Shown: one piece after another, positions 39,806-50,154 of the stretch
How positions within the stretch are numbered: the stretch's first letter is position 1
Layout of the letters: each line of letters starts with the position of its first letter
Origin: a virus
IMG/VR virus record: IMGVR_UViG_3300036792_000176
Span: 1 to 64,000 of that record
Direction: 5' to 3' (one strand)
DNA length: 64,000 nucleotides
Position numbers and translations under genes: made by a program
The notes under the pieces: generated by a model
The model's input: the letters and a program-made list of their open reading frames with translations, nothing else
Database searches by the model: none
Told to the model about the DNA's origin: nothing

Positions 39806-40805
39806 TCTGGACAGCCGCAATTTCCATGCGGATGAGATGGACCTGGACGCGGCACTCAACAAGGTGCGCAAGCTCATCGAGCGGTCGAGCTACCATCAGG
39901 ATCACGGCGAGCAGGATAGGGCTAACGACCTGCTCACACAGGCCGATGCCCTCATGTTCAAGTACTCCATCGACAAGGCGATGGCAGAAGCGGCGAAGCC
40001 CTCTGCCGAGCAGGCAAAGCCCAAGAGGATCAAGGTCGAGATGTGCGGCCCTGGCGACCCGCTGGCATTCGAGATCTCATGCCTGGTCAACGTGGTAGCC
40101 AGGCACTGCCGTTGCATGGCCATCTGGCTCCCCTCAGACTACAGGCCACATGTCTCGGAGATCTTCGGGTACGAGTCAGACGTACGCTACGCCGAGATGC
40201 TTTACACCCAGCTCCTCATGCACATGACTTCGGTCCTCTTCCCCAAGATGGACCCAAGCAAGACGCTCGGCGAGAACTGTTACACCCTTCACAACCAGGG
40301 ACTCAACTGGCTGGACATGGCCGAGCTTGATGGCTGGAAGAAGCTTCCGGCTGCTGACTATCCGGGCGTCAAGGTTCCGTTCACCAAGGACTTTGATTTC
40401 AGCGTATCGCCGTCCACGAAGGTGGGCGGCATCTACAAGCGCGCGTACTACGCTGAGTGCAAGCGCCTTGGCGAGCAGCCTAAGATCGTGCCCGCCTCGG
40501 CAAGCAGGCAGGCGCGTACCGACGCATTCCGAAAGAGTGTGGCCAAGGGGTACGTCAATCGTATCGCAGAGCGTCTCTTCAGGGTCGAGAAGGCCCAGAA
40601 CAAGGTCGGCACAGCACTGGTCCTGGCAGGCCAGAAGGACACGATCGAGGCTATGTTCGCTGAGGCATATCCGCACAGCAAGTCTTCGGTGGACGAGTTC
40701 AAGGCCAAGAGCAACCCCGAGGCGATGCTCAGGGGTATGAGGCGCGCGGACGAGGCCGACCTGAGCGTCGGCGTCGGTGGCGGCAGGGCGAGGGCCATCG
40801 GGTGA
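39798..40805 (+). CDS. DUF2786-domain protein
   Basis: L.KVRKL......A..L...A..LM.KY.ID, .FGYESD, FR.S...GY...I..RL. Confidence 0.75.
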   Translation: MVSLDSRNFHADEMDLDAALNKVRKLIERSSYHQDHGEQDRANDLLTQADALMFKYSIDKAMAEAAKPSAEQAKPKRIKVEMCGPGDPLAFEISCLVNVVARHCRCMAIWLPSDYRPHVSEIFGYESDVRYAEMLYTQLLMHMTSVLFPKMDPSKTLGENCYTLHNQGLNWLDMAELDGWKKLPAADYPGVKVPFTKDFDFSVSPSTKVGGIYKRAYYAECKRLGEQPKIVPASASRQARTDAFRKSVAKGYVNRIAERLFRVEKAQNKVGTALVLAGQKDTIEAMFAEAYPHSKSSVDEFKAKSNPEAMLRGMRRADEADLSVGVGGGRARAIG

Positions 40806-41692
40806 CAGTAGAAGAGGTGAGGCGTGTCCAGAAGGTACTCGGCCTCCTAGACACGCACTTGGTATACGTGGATGCGGAAGAGGGATTCTGGATGGCGCAC
40901 ACTCAGCAGGAGCGCGAGAGTGTGCCAGATCTGCATGAGTGCCGCATCCACAGATACCTATGCCGCGAGCCTATCGTGGTTACCGGCTGGTACATAATCG
41001 AGGAAGACGGATCGATCGGAAGGATTGACATGAGAATGGAATCGCCGTGATACGCGAGGGATTCGAGCGCCTGTACGCCACATGGGTGTATAACTTCGAC
41101 AGATGGGCGTGGAAGCGGCGCTGGCGCATGATCAAGATGCGCCACAGGGAGTTCACCGATAGGTTCGAGCACTGGTACGAGACTGGCAACTGGTGGTACG
41201 ACCGTGGGTGAATTCATAGTGGCCATGGCGAAGGAGATTGCATTCATCGTCATGGCCACGACGGTGATCCTTGCCGTCCAGTACCTGATAGTACGATACA
41301 TCCTGAACGGGATCATGGACGTGGTAGACCACACGCACCCCCTGGCTCTATGGCGTCTGCGTCTTCTGTTCTTCCGGCTCAGCGGTCGATGCCGTGAGTG
41401 TCATCTCAGGAACGGCATCCACAGGTTCGGGTGCACCAGAAGACAAGGCGAGGAGTGACTATGTATTTCTGGCCATGGCTTGCAGCACTTCTGTCATCGC
41501 TAGTTGCATGCTTCGTTTTCCTGGCGGCTGCGATGCTGTCGAACCCTGGGTCTAAGAGGGAGAAGTTCATGGCTTACATGTGCGTGAGCTCTTTCCTTGT
41601 ATTCCTGCTGCTGGTGTACATGTCCGCATCTATACACGGGGTAACCTCCAAGTAGACTGCGCGGCCGGTAGGAGGGTTTCTAGCCGAAACGG

Positions 41693-41721
41693 TAGCGGGC
41701 TCCGGCCCGGTACGGTACGCT
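41693..41721 (+). promoter_or_regulatory. TAGC-class promoter
   Basis: TAGCGG-N17-TACGCT. Confidence 0.75.
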
Positions 41722-41754
41722 TTACCTAGCGCCCGAATAGAGTAGGAGAGCCGA

Positions 41755-42528
41755 GTGTTTACCTGCGGCAACTGTCACGAACAGCACGAAACCGCCGACG
41801 AAGGCAGGCGTTGTTACGCATCGGCCCCAGCGCGCGAGATGACGCCCGAGCAGCTGGAATTCATCAACACCCTCCTCGTGGAACGTGACATGACTCCGCT
41901 TCCGCTGGTTCCGAGGCCGAACCTGACGCTGTCGGAGGCTACGGCAGAGATCAAACGCCTGCTGCTGATCAAGGTGCGTGTTGCCGATACCGGCATACCA
42001 GAAGGCTACTACGCAGTCGCATCCATCACCGGGAACAATGACTTTGACTTCTTCCGGATCGATCGCCCAGACAAGGGCAAGTGGGCTGGCTACACATTCG
42101 TCAAGCGCGTCATCGGAGGCCACCCCGACGTAAATGTTAGCAAGGTAGAGGCTCGCAAGGCGATCGCGGCAATACGGCAGGCCGGGATTGATGAGTCCGG
42201 CGAGCTGTACGGCGAGAAGATGAAAGCCTGCTACAAGTGCAACACATCCCTAACCAAACACGCGAGCACCGTGCTTAAGGTCGGCCGCACCTGCGCCGGC
42301 AGAGTCGGCAAGGGCGCGCTCTGGGATTCCATCCAGGCAGAGTTCGAGAAGGAGGGTAAGAATGGCGACGAAGATAGTGCTGCTAGCGGTAGAGGTAGAA
42401 GACCCGACCCCCGCGGAGCAGATCCAGAGCGCAAACCCCGGGCTGTCGGAAGAGACGATCCAGATGTACCAAAGAGTCGCCGACCTTCTCGGCCCCGTGG
42501 GCGAGCCCGCGCTGCGAGAGCTGTGTAA
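41755..42528 (+). CDS. Zn-finger (DUF6011-like) protein
   Basis: PEGYYAV, F.R.DRP..G.W.G, YG.....C..C...LT...S....G..CA. Confidence 0.65.
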   Translation: MFTCGNCHEQHETADEGRRCYASAPAREMTPEQLEFINTLLVERDMTPLPLVPRPNLTLSEATAEIKRLLLIKVRVADTGIPEGYYAVASITGNNDFDFFRIDRPDKGKWAGYTFVKRVIGGHPDVNVSKVEARKAIAAIRQAGIDESGELYGEKMKACYKCNTSLTKHASTVLKVGRTCAGRVGKGALWDSIQAEFEKEGKNGDEDSAASGRGRRPDPRGADPERKPRAVGRDDPDVPKSRRPSRPRGRARAARAV

Positions 42529-42996
42529 CAGTATGTGCAGCGAAAGCAGGAACGAAGGGTACTACAACGGGTAGCATCCGTCGATAACGAGGAGAACGGC
42601 ATGAACGACAAAAGCCAGTACGTCGGCAACACGATGGGGGCGTCCAACTCTCAGGGTCCCTCGACGCCGAAGTGGTCGAAGGACTGGCAGTTTCAGCTGG
42701 CCAAGCAGTTTGAAGGAACCCGCTGGGACATCTAGCGTCCCCTGAATGTCCTGCTCGTGCGAAAGCCAACGAGTCCCGATGTAGTGGGTACTGCCAAGGC
42801 GAGCAGGGCCTTGAGGGGATGATCCCTCTGGGAGGAGGTGAATGTAATGGAAACTAGCGTCGTCGAGAAGAACAACGTCACGATGCAGCAAACGGTGCAC
42901 GGCACGTTCCAGCCCAAGGGCTGGGAGCTGGCCCTGGGCTGGGAGCTGATCCGCAACATGCAGCCGTAGTACCCGATCCCGAGTAGTCCTGTTGTG

Positions 42997-43027
42997 GACC
43001 GGCCGGAGCTTCCCCCTCCGGCCGGTC
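42997..43027 (+). terminator. Hairpin terminator
   Basis: GACCGGCCGGAG-N7-CTCCGGCCGGTC. Confidence 0.7.
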
Positions 43028-43956
43028 AGTTAATGGAGGAATAATAATGCTGCTTGAGCAGCGTATCGCTTACTACAACAAGCAGACCGGCCGAGATGAT
43101 TGCAGGCCAGGTCCGCAGGCAAGGAGGGCAAGGCACAAGAGGAAAGGAGGCAGGGCTCACAGCCATGATGGCAACCGCTGCCCGATCTGCCAGCCTCTTC
43201 CGCAGGTCAAGGTGCAGATGCAGAACCAAGAGACGGGAGATCCCAGGAATTGGGTTCAGAACTTGCTGTTGTCGCAGCGGCCGCGATAGTATTTGGCGGC
43301 GGCAGCATCTGGATCGGATGTCTATGGTTCAGGAACCATCTTCACGAGAGGTGGCTACGGAAAGAGCAGAACTCTTACGAGAGACAGAGAGTAACGGGAG
43401 ACAGGAAACAGGAATGGCTACAATAACCAATCGAGAGGACGTCGACAAGCTTATCGACAATGCCGGGGTGTACCCTGGCGACGAGGACAGTTTCACCGGT
43501 CCTGTCGTAAGGATCGTCGAGTACAAGAACCAAGCCGGAGAGACCATATTCGGAGTGGTGTACGAGATCGAGGCTGCCAAGAACATGCTGGACCGGTACG
43601 ATCACCCTTCGCAGTACATTCGTAACCCGAAGGTGATCTGGCGACACGCGGAATGGATCTCATGAGTCGCACATTCGTAATCTCTCTCGACGTGAGCGAG
43701 GGGACGGCTCTGGGGTTTCTACGGGCAACCCAGAAAAGGAAATCCCTCCGGGCCAAGACGGACGACGGCACGGCATTCGACGTGCCGGTCCTGTTCATCT
43801 ACCCGACCGACGATACCGGTCACTGCAGTCAGCATACGGAACAAGAGAAATAACCCCTCAATCCTACCGTAACAGTAGGGTTTCCGGCAAAACACCCCGC
43901 CCCCGTTTTCAGGGAATGGGCACCCCCAGAAAAATCTCCGAGGGAGATAGATTCAC

Positions 43957-44808
43957 ATGACAGCTAGTACCCAGCGAATGATCCTGGTCTCGAACATCCA
44001 CCCCAACCCGAACAACCCTCGTAAAGAGGCCGGGAACGTCACCGAGCTCGCCCGCCAGATCAAGGACCGGGTCGACCAGGGTCTGCCCGCTCTCGTCCAG
44101 CCCATCATGGTGATCCCGGCACCACAGTACGGCGGAGACCACGTCATGATCGAGGACGGGTATCGCCGCTGGGTGGCCGGTAAGAGTGTGGTGCGCGCTC
44201 TTGAGTGCACAGTCAACTACCCGCGTCCGGACGAGGACCTTACCCGGAGGGCTCTGTCAATCGGCCTGGTCACGGCCCTCCACAAGATGGATCTCACCCC
44301 GCTCGAGAAGGCGGATGCGTTCGGTCGTCTGCACAAAGAATTCGGCATGACGCAGGATGCCATCGGGAAACAGTTCGGTATCACCGGTAGCTCTGTCGGC
44401 TACTACATGGCTCTCCTCGATCTGTCCGATAAGTCCAGGGGTGACGTCGCATCCGGGAAGCTGTCGGCGGATCGAGCGATCTCTGCCGTCAGAGAGCACA
44501 GGTCCAAGAATCGCAAGAAGAGCGGCAAGAAGCCTATCGATGTCGGCTGGGAGCCGGATCACTTCAGCGATAGCCATTACCTGGCGAAGAACGCCAAGGT
44601 AATGTGCGACGCTCGCGGGCACGGTAGCCGTCGGCGCTTCGCGGGTGCCTGTCACGCCTGCTGGGAGACGGTCATCCGTCGTGACGAGAATCAGGTCACT
44701 AAGGTGGACTTCCTTACCGCCGGATCGAAGGAGCTCCAGTTCATGCCACCCGCCCCTCTCGAGAACGGCGTCGCTGGCGTGAACGGAACTACGGGCAATC
44801 ACAAGTGA
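43957..44808 (+). CDS. ParB/RepB/Spo0J-like protein
   Basis: I.PNP.NPR, L.QPI.V, IEDG.RRW.A, DL.PLE.A.AF..L, HTH MTQDAIGKQFG.T.S.V. Confidence 0.85.
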   Translation: MTASTQRMILVSNIHPNPNNPRKEAGNVTELARQIKDRVDQGLPALVQPIMVIPAPQYGGDHVMIEDGYRRWVAGKSVVRALECTVNYPRPDEDLTRRALSIGLVTALHKMDLTPLEKADAFGRLHKEFGMTQDAIGKQFGITGSSVGYYMALLDLSDKSRGDVASGKLSADRAISAVREHRSKNRKKSGKKPIDVGWEPDHFSDSHYLAKNAKVMCDARGHGSRRRFAGACHACWETVIRRDENQVTKVDFLTAGSKELQFMPPAPLENGVAGVNGTTGNHK

Positions 44809-44980
44809 AGCGACTTCGGTACAAGTACTCCCCTGTATACCGCCGGATATACCTATTGTACGGCGAGAAGAATGGGCATGCCGTACTCAAGGGGAAGCGA
44901 GCATGGCGCAAGGTTAACGGCGTTGGATTTAACACCAGGAAGTTCGGTAATCGCATCATCCTATTCCGGCGCTACTAGGC

Positions 44981-45009
44981 TAGCGCGCTAGGCCGGTATG
45001 GAGTAGAAT
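44981..45009 (+). promoter_or_regulatory. TAGC-class promoter, leaderless
   Basis: TAGCGC-N17-TAGAAT-N7-ATG(45017). Confidence 0.8.
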
Positions 45010-45016
45010 AAGGGGT

Positions 45017-46480
45017 ATGGACGTTAATGGCACGCCGCCGGTAATCATCCGGCACGGGATGGGGTCCTGCAGCAGGTGTGGGGCCCCATTCAAGGCTGGC
45101 GACAGGCGCGAGTCTGACCCCTGCTGCTCCGCTCCTGACTGCGAGGCGATCAATGACGTCTCGCACTACGGGTGCCTCCCTCCGGCGCTCAAGAAAATTG
45201 CCGACGAAGAAGCCATGTACACAAACTGGGGCGATCATGCCTAGGTATCACTGGGCCAACGTTATAGACGAAGAGTCCAAGAAGGTACGCATCCTCTCCG
45301 AGCAGTGCAAGACATGCATATTCCTGCCCGGCGACAAGATGCTACTCGGGTCACGCCGCATGCACGAAGTGGTCCAGAAAAACCTGGAATCCAACTCCCT
45401 CCTGACATGTCACGCAACCCTTCCGGGCATGCCGGATGACGAGAATTACCAGCCAGCAGTTTGCAGAGGATTCTGGAATCTGCACGGGCTCAAGACAGCT
45501 GCCGGCGCTCTCGCGAAGTCAGTTATCGGAATCATATTCGTAAACCCTCCAGAGAACGGTAAGAAAGATGACGATGCTGGCGCTGCCAATTCCGAGGTAC
45601 GGCGTCCTGCTGTCGAGCGGCAATCTGATGAAGGATCTACGGGGCAAGGTAGCCTGGGGCACTGACTTCAAGGGCATATCGTCTGCCAGGATAGTTCTCG
45701 GAGGCAATGTGGTGCTGCTTCGCTACTGCCTATGGTGCGACGACTACCACCAGGACAGCCAGGATGGCTGCGTTAAGTTCCCGGCGCTGATCGGAGACGA
45801 CATATGAGCAACAGCCCAGACTTCCCGGTCATAAAGGGCCAGGTATGGCGCTGGAAGGGTATGAAGTGCCTGGTACAGAGGGTGGCCATTGACGGCTCCT
45901 GGGCCGACCTCCGGGTGTTCCCGCTGGACTATCCAAGGTCAAAGTACTGGCCGAAGAGGATGGACATTCCATTCCCGGACGAGTTTGTATTCGAACGAGA
46001 GAGCAAGGGGGCCATGCACACATTCCTGGTTACAGTAAAGACGCCAAAAGTACACAGTCACGATCCGTCCAACAAGAAGGTTGGTAAGTGCCCATTCTCC
46101 GATGAGTGCACCGATAGCACAGGCCAGCATCACACCGGCGTTCTCCGGGCCACTGACGACGATATATCTCTCATAAAGAATGGCTCAGGATCCATCAACG
46201 GTGTCGAGTACAGCCACATCACGCGCATAGAGAAGATGCGCCCGTGAAGGCGTCGCTAGACCCGAATGCCCAGAAGCTGATGGATGCCGCCAATGAGGCG
46301 AGGAACATCTCTGATCTACTCAGGATAGCTTCCAGGACGATGGAATTCGACTCTGGCATGAGTCCCACCAAGGAGCATATAGACGCCGCGTACGCATCAC
46401 TGTACAGCATCAGGAAGAGGCTGAGCAAGCTGGTTGCAAATATGGGCGTAGGGATCCCGGGGAGAACGAGTGCGAGCTGA
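45017..46480 (+). CDS. Small hypothetical genes (45017-45244, 45237-45665, 45568-45807, 45804-46247, 46244-46480)
   Basis: Coupled ORFs, several Cys-rich. Confidence 0.55.
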
Positions 46481-48449
46481 CATCACCACGGACGGTAGGC
46501 ATGTCATCGCGCATATCCCGTACGCTCGCGGAGAGGGGACAGAGTGGGCCAAGAAGGTACCCGGCGCTAAACCGGTGTACGAGAAGGTAGATGGTCTGGA
46601 CAAGGATAAATTCAAGCACTGGTCTTATCCTCTCACCATGGAGACGTGCCGCACCTTCCGGCGCATATTCGGATCAGAGCTTACCGTTCGTAATGCCCTG
46701 TCAGATTGGGCTCGTGCCGCCATAGCTGCAGGCGAGCAGCTTGAGCAGCTACGCGACGGAGCTAGCGCCGCGCTCCCTCGTGTTGAGTCCGAGTCGCCAT
46801 TCCTTCATGCCGCAATGATGGACAGGCCGTACCAGCCTGCCGGCACGGCGTTCATGGTTCTGGCCGGACAGTGCATCCTCGGTGATGAGCCGGGTCTTGG
46901 CAAGACGCTACAGACACTCGGCGCTCTGATCGAGTCTGACAGCAAGGACATCCTCGTCGGCTGCCCGCGCACAGCTACCCGTAACGTATGGGAGCGAGAG
47001 ACGCGGCGCTGGGCACCTAACATCCAGGTGTTCGTTGCCCAGGGTACCCGGGCAGAGCGCGAGGCGGCTATGGACGGCTACGCCGCGTTCCGCAAGAACT
47101 GGCCTGACATACAGTGCATGCTCGTTATCAACAACGAGATGATCAGGGCAAAGCGTTACCAGCAGTGCAAGCTCACCAAGGACTGGAAGAAAGATGGCAA
47201 CCCCTACGCCGCCTGGTCAAAGATAAAGAGGCCATACGGATCCTGCAAGAAAGACCATCCGCACCGCACTGTTGCTGAATATGAGTGGCCGTTCCTATTC
47301 AAGCGTAAATGGGACGCTATCGTCATCGACGAGTCTCACAATCTTCTTGCGTCTACATATAATGTTGGCAGTAAGAGCATCACCCAGGGACGTTACGGTG
47401 CAATGAAGTTGCGCAGACGTCTACGGCCGGAAGGGCTGGCTCTAGCCCTGAGCGGCACGCCATTCCGATCGAAGCTGACGAAGGGCTGGGGTACACTAAA
47501 CTGGTGCCGCCCAGATGTATTCAGATCATACTGGAACTTTGCCGGACATCACTTCGGCGTAGAGCAGGGCAAATACGGACAGGTCGTAGCCGGAGGAGCC
47601 AAGGTACCCAAGCCGGTAGATCAGGAAGCATTCGATGCAATGCTACGACCATACTACCTAGCCCGGACAAAGGAGCTAGCAGCTCCTGACCTGCCACCAG
47701 TGCTGTTCGTCGGCAATCCTCCTGAAAGTGATCCAGAGGGAATGCACGGCATATGGCTTGACATGGACCCGAAGCAGAAGAAGTCGTACCAGAGCATGGC
47801 CGCTCTTGCCGAGGCTAGGCTGAGAGGTGGGCTACTCACGGCTAACGGCACCCTCGCGGAGATAACGCGCCTTAGGCAGTTCGCTACGGCGCACGGCAGG
47901 ATGGAAGGGAACACATTCGTCCCAGACCTGCCCTCCAATAAGGTTGACTGGATTCTTGAGTTCCTGATGGAGCGGGAGGGACACGAGGAGAAAGTCCTTA
48001 TCGCATCCAGCTTCACTCAGATCGTTCACCTTGTGTCTGAATGCATAGAGAAGGAATTCAAGGGAGAGGTGCTACGCCTTACCGGAGCGACAACAGACCG
48101 CGGTCGTGTGGAGATCAAGGATAGGTTCAATGATCCAGATGATGATGCGCGGGTGCTTGTAGTTCAGTCCAAGACGGGCGGAGAAGCCATCACCCTGGAC
48201 GGATGCTGCAGCGACCTTGTGATCATAGACCTACCCTGGACTTCTGACGAGGAGAATCAGCTTGTCGCTCGTATCCATAGGGTGAGCAGAGTACACCAGG
48301 TGATGGTGCATAGACTGTTCAGCCTTGGCTCTGTCGACGGCTGGATGGCAGCATACTCTGACGAGCAGAGGGCTGTCATCGAGTCGAACAAGCCAAAGGC
48401 AAGAAAGAGGACAGCCCTGGAAGCCATAACATGGCACAAAAATTCGTAA
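46470..48449 (+). CDS. SNF2-family (SF2) helicase
   Basis: GDEPGLGKT, IVIDESH, LSGTP, GGEAITL, Q..ARIHR. Confidence 0.92.
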   Translation: MRADITTDGRHVIAHIPYARGEGTEWAKKVPGAKPVYEKVDGLDKDKFKHWSYPLTMETCRTFRRIFGSELTVRNALSDWARAAIAAGEQLEQLRDGASAALPRVESESPFLHAAMMDRPYQPAGTAFMVLAGQCILGDEPGLGKTLQTLGALIESDSKDILVGCPRTATRNVWERETRRWAPNIQVFVAQGTRAEREAAMDGYAAFRKNWPDIQCMLVINNEMIRAKRYQQCKLTKDWKKDGNPYAAWSKIKRPYGSCKKDHPHRTVAEYEWPFLFKRKWDAIVIDESHNLLASTYNVGSKSITQGRYGAMKLRRRLRPEGLALALSGTPFRSKLTKGWGTLNWCRPDVFRSYWNFAGHHFGVEQGKYGQVVAGGAKVPKPVDQEAFDAMLRPYYLARTKELAAPDLPPVLFVGNPPESDPEGMHGIWLDMDPKQKKSYQSMAALAEARLRGGLLTANGTLAEITRLRQFATAHGRMEGNTFVPDLPSNKVDWILEFLMEREGHEEKVLIASSFTQIVHLVSECIEKEFKGEVLRLTGATTDRGRVEIKDRFNDPDDDARVLVVQSKTGGEAITLDGCCSDLVIIDLPWTSDEENQLVARIHRVSRVHQVMVHRLFSLGSVDGWMAAYSDEQRAVIESNKPKARKRTALEAITWHKNS

Positions 48450-48839
48450 GGCAGGTAAGGTACCTTGGGCCTAGTCTGACATTCGTCTCTAGCTCGTATA
48501 ATTTCAGTTCATGGTACTGCGACGCATTGAGGGTGGACGGCTTGCATATAAAAACAGAGTTGATGACAGGCGAGGACACCCTGACCTACCTCGCCAAGAA
48601 TTATGGCGAGCCAGAGCTAGCGGGGCTGGGCACAGGCGATCCGGCCGCGACCGCGCGGCGTAATCTGGAGATTGCATGCCAGTACGGCATATCTGGACAG
48701 CCTGTTGCTGGCGGCCATTACCACGTTCTTTGCTACCGTCCTAAGCGCGGAAAGAACAAAGTTATGTACCGGGTAGAGGATCACACCTCGAGATCAGATA
48801 GAATCGGAAAAGAAAATCTAGCTGATCCCGTGATTAAGG

Positions 48840-48868
48840 TAGCGCCCCCGACTAAGAGCCGGTATAGT
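48840..48868 (+). promoter_or_regulatory. TAGC-class promoter inside an open frame
   Basis: TAGCGC-N17-TATAGT. Confidence 0.75.
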
Positions 48869-48919
48869 AGGGGTCTCGAGGTAAATGTACGAGAGACCCG
48901 TTCGAATAAGGAGCAGTTT

Positions 48920-49660
48920 ATGCCTACCCGTGGAGCTACCAAGGCCAAGCCCGCAAAGGCCAAGGTCGTCGAGCCGGAGCCGGAGGAGCTTGAGGAGGAG
49001 CTCGACGAGGACGAGGAGCTGGAAGACGAGCTGGACGAGGACGAGGACGAGGACGAGTCCGAAGAGGACGAGGACGAGTCTGAGGACGACGAGGACGACG
49101 AGGACCTGGACGACGAGGCGGACGAGGGCGACGAGGAGGAGGAAGAGGAGGAGGAAGAGGACGACGAGGACGAGGACGAGTCTGCCGTCGACTACACCCC
49201 CTACGCCACCAAGCCGATCACGGACACGATGGCGGACTTCGCCACCTGGATCAACCAGGAGATCTTCGTGCCCGTCGGTTCCTCGATCGAGGAAGTCGGC
49301 GCTGAGGACCCGGTTCGCCTGATCGCCATCGCCGGCACGGCCCGCATGGAGTTCCAGCGCTCGCCGTTCAACATCTCGCAGCGCGAGGCTCGCAAGCAGG
49401 CCAAGCTGGACGCGGCGGCTGCCAAGGCCAAGCCGGTCAAGGAGACCCCGGCCAAGGGCAAGCCCGCAGCCAAGACCGCTCCGCCTGCGAAGGGCAAGCC
49501 GGTCGCCAAGGCCGCTCCCGCCAAGGCTGCCCCGGCCAAGGCCGCTCCCGCCAAGGCGACGGCTGCGAAGCCAGCCGCCAAGGCGACGGCTGCGAAGCCA
49601 GCCGCCAAGACCGGCGGCCGTGCCGTCACCCGCAAGAAGGGCGCTGCGGCTCCCTACTAG
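48920..49660 (+). CDS. Protein with long D/E tract and histone-H1-like AKP tail (in frame with upstream ORF from 48431)
   Basis: AAGGAG RBS before ATG 48920; long E/D run; (AKAAP)n repeats. Confidence 0.8.
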   Translation: MPTRGATKAKPAKAKVVEPEPEELEEELDEDEELEDELDEDEDEDESEEDEDESEDDEDDEDLDDEADEGDEEEEEEEEEDDEDEDESAVDYTPYATKPITDTMADFATWINQEIFVPVGSSIEEVGAEDPVRLIAIAGTARMEFQRSPFNISQREARKQAKLDAAAAKAKPVKETPAKGKPAAKTAPPAKGKPVAKAAPAKAAPAKAAPAKATAAKPAAKATAAKPAAKTGGRAVTRKKGAAAPY

Positions 49661-49665
49661 AAGAT

Positions 49666-49870
49666 GTATCGGCAAGTATCGCCTCCCCGTCTTGCCGATG
49701 CGGCTCCGGAAGGATGTAGCCAACCGGAGCGATAGATCCTGTCCCAACCCCCACCCGGGACAGGAGACCCCCAGCCCGTATGCAACGCCACCGCCACTGG
49801 ACAGTCCGGGGATCCCTCTTCCTCTGGAGAGCCGGACAGTGCGAGCGGGGCCCGGTGCATACGGGCTGGG
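49666..49870 (+). ncRNA. Candidate structured RNA (four tandem stems)
   Basis: ATCGGCAAG/CTTGCCGAT, GCTCCGG/CCGGAGC, TCCTGTCCC/GGGACAGGA, CCCAGCCCGTATGCA/TGCATACGGGCTGGG. Confidence 0.5.
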
Positions 49871-50154
49871 CCTGGTCCGCCAAACCCCTCAGCCCAAAAG
49901 GACATACCTTGCACGCTCCATCACAGCGTCAGACGGAAGAGCTACCGTCCGCAGTAAGCGTACCGCGCTACTACATACCTAAGCATGCCAATCAGCTTGT
50001 CACATTGGAATTGGAACGTCGAGCAGAAATCAGACGCCGGTCTCCCGGCAGGGTGCAGCGCTTCCTCCAATACTTCGCTGCATTCCGCCGGAGGACCAGT
50101 CCTCCTCCTACCGCCACCAGGCGCTAGGGTCTCAACCGAGAAGGACAAGCAAGT

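Noticed and set aside
42362-42574. 167-bp overlap with the upstream gene as a dual-coding innovation
   Set aside because: The upstream tail is low-complexity and most simply explained by a lost stop codon.
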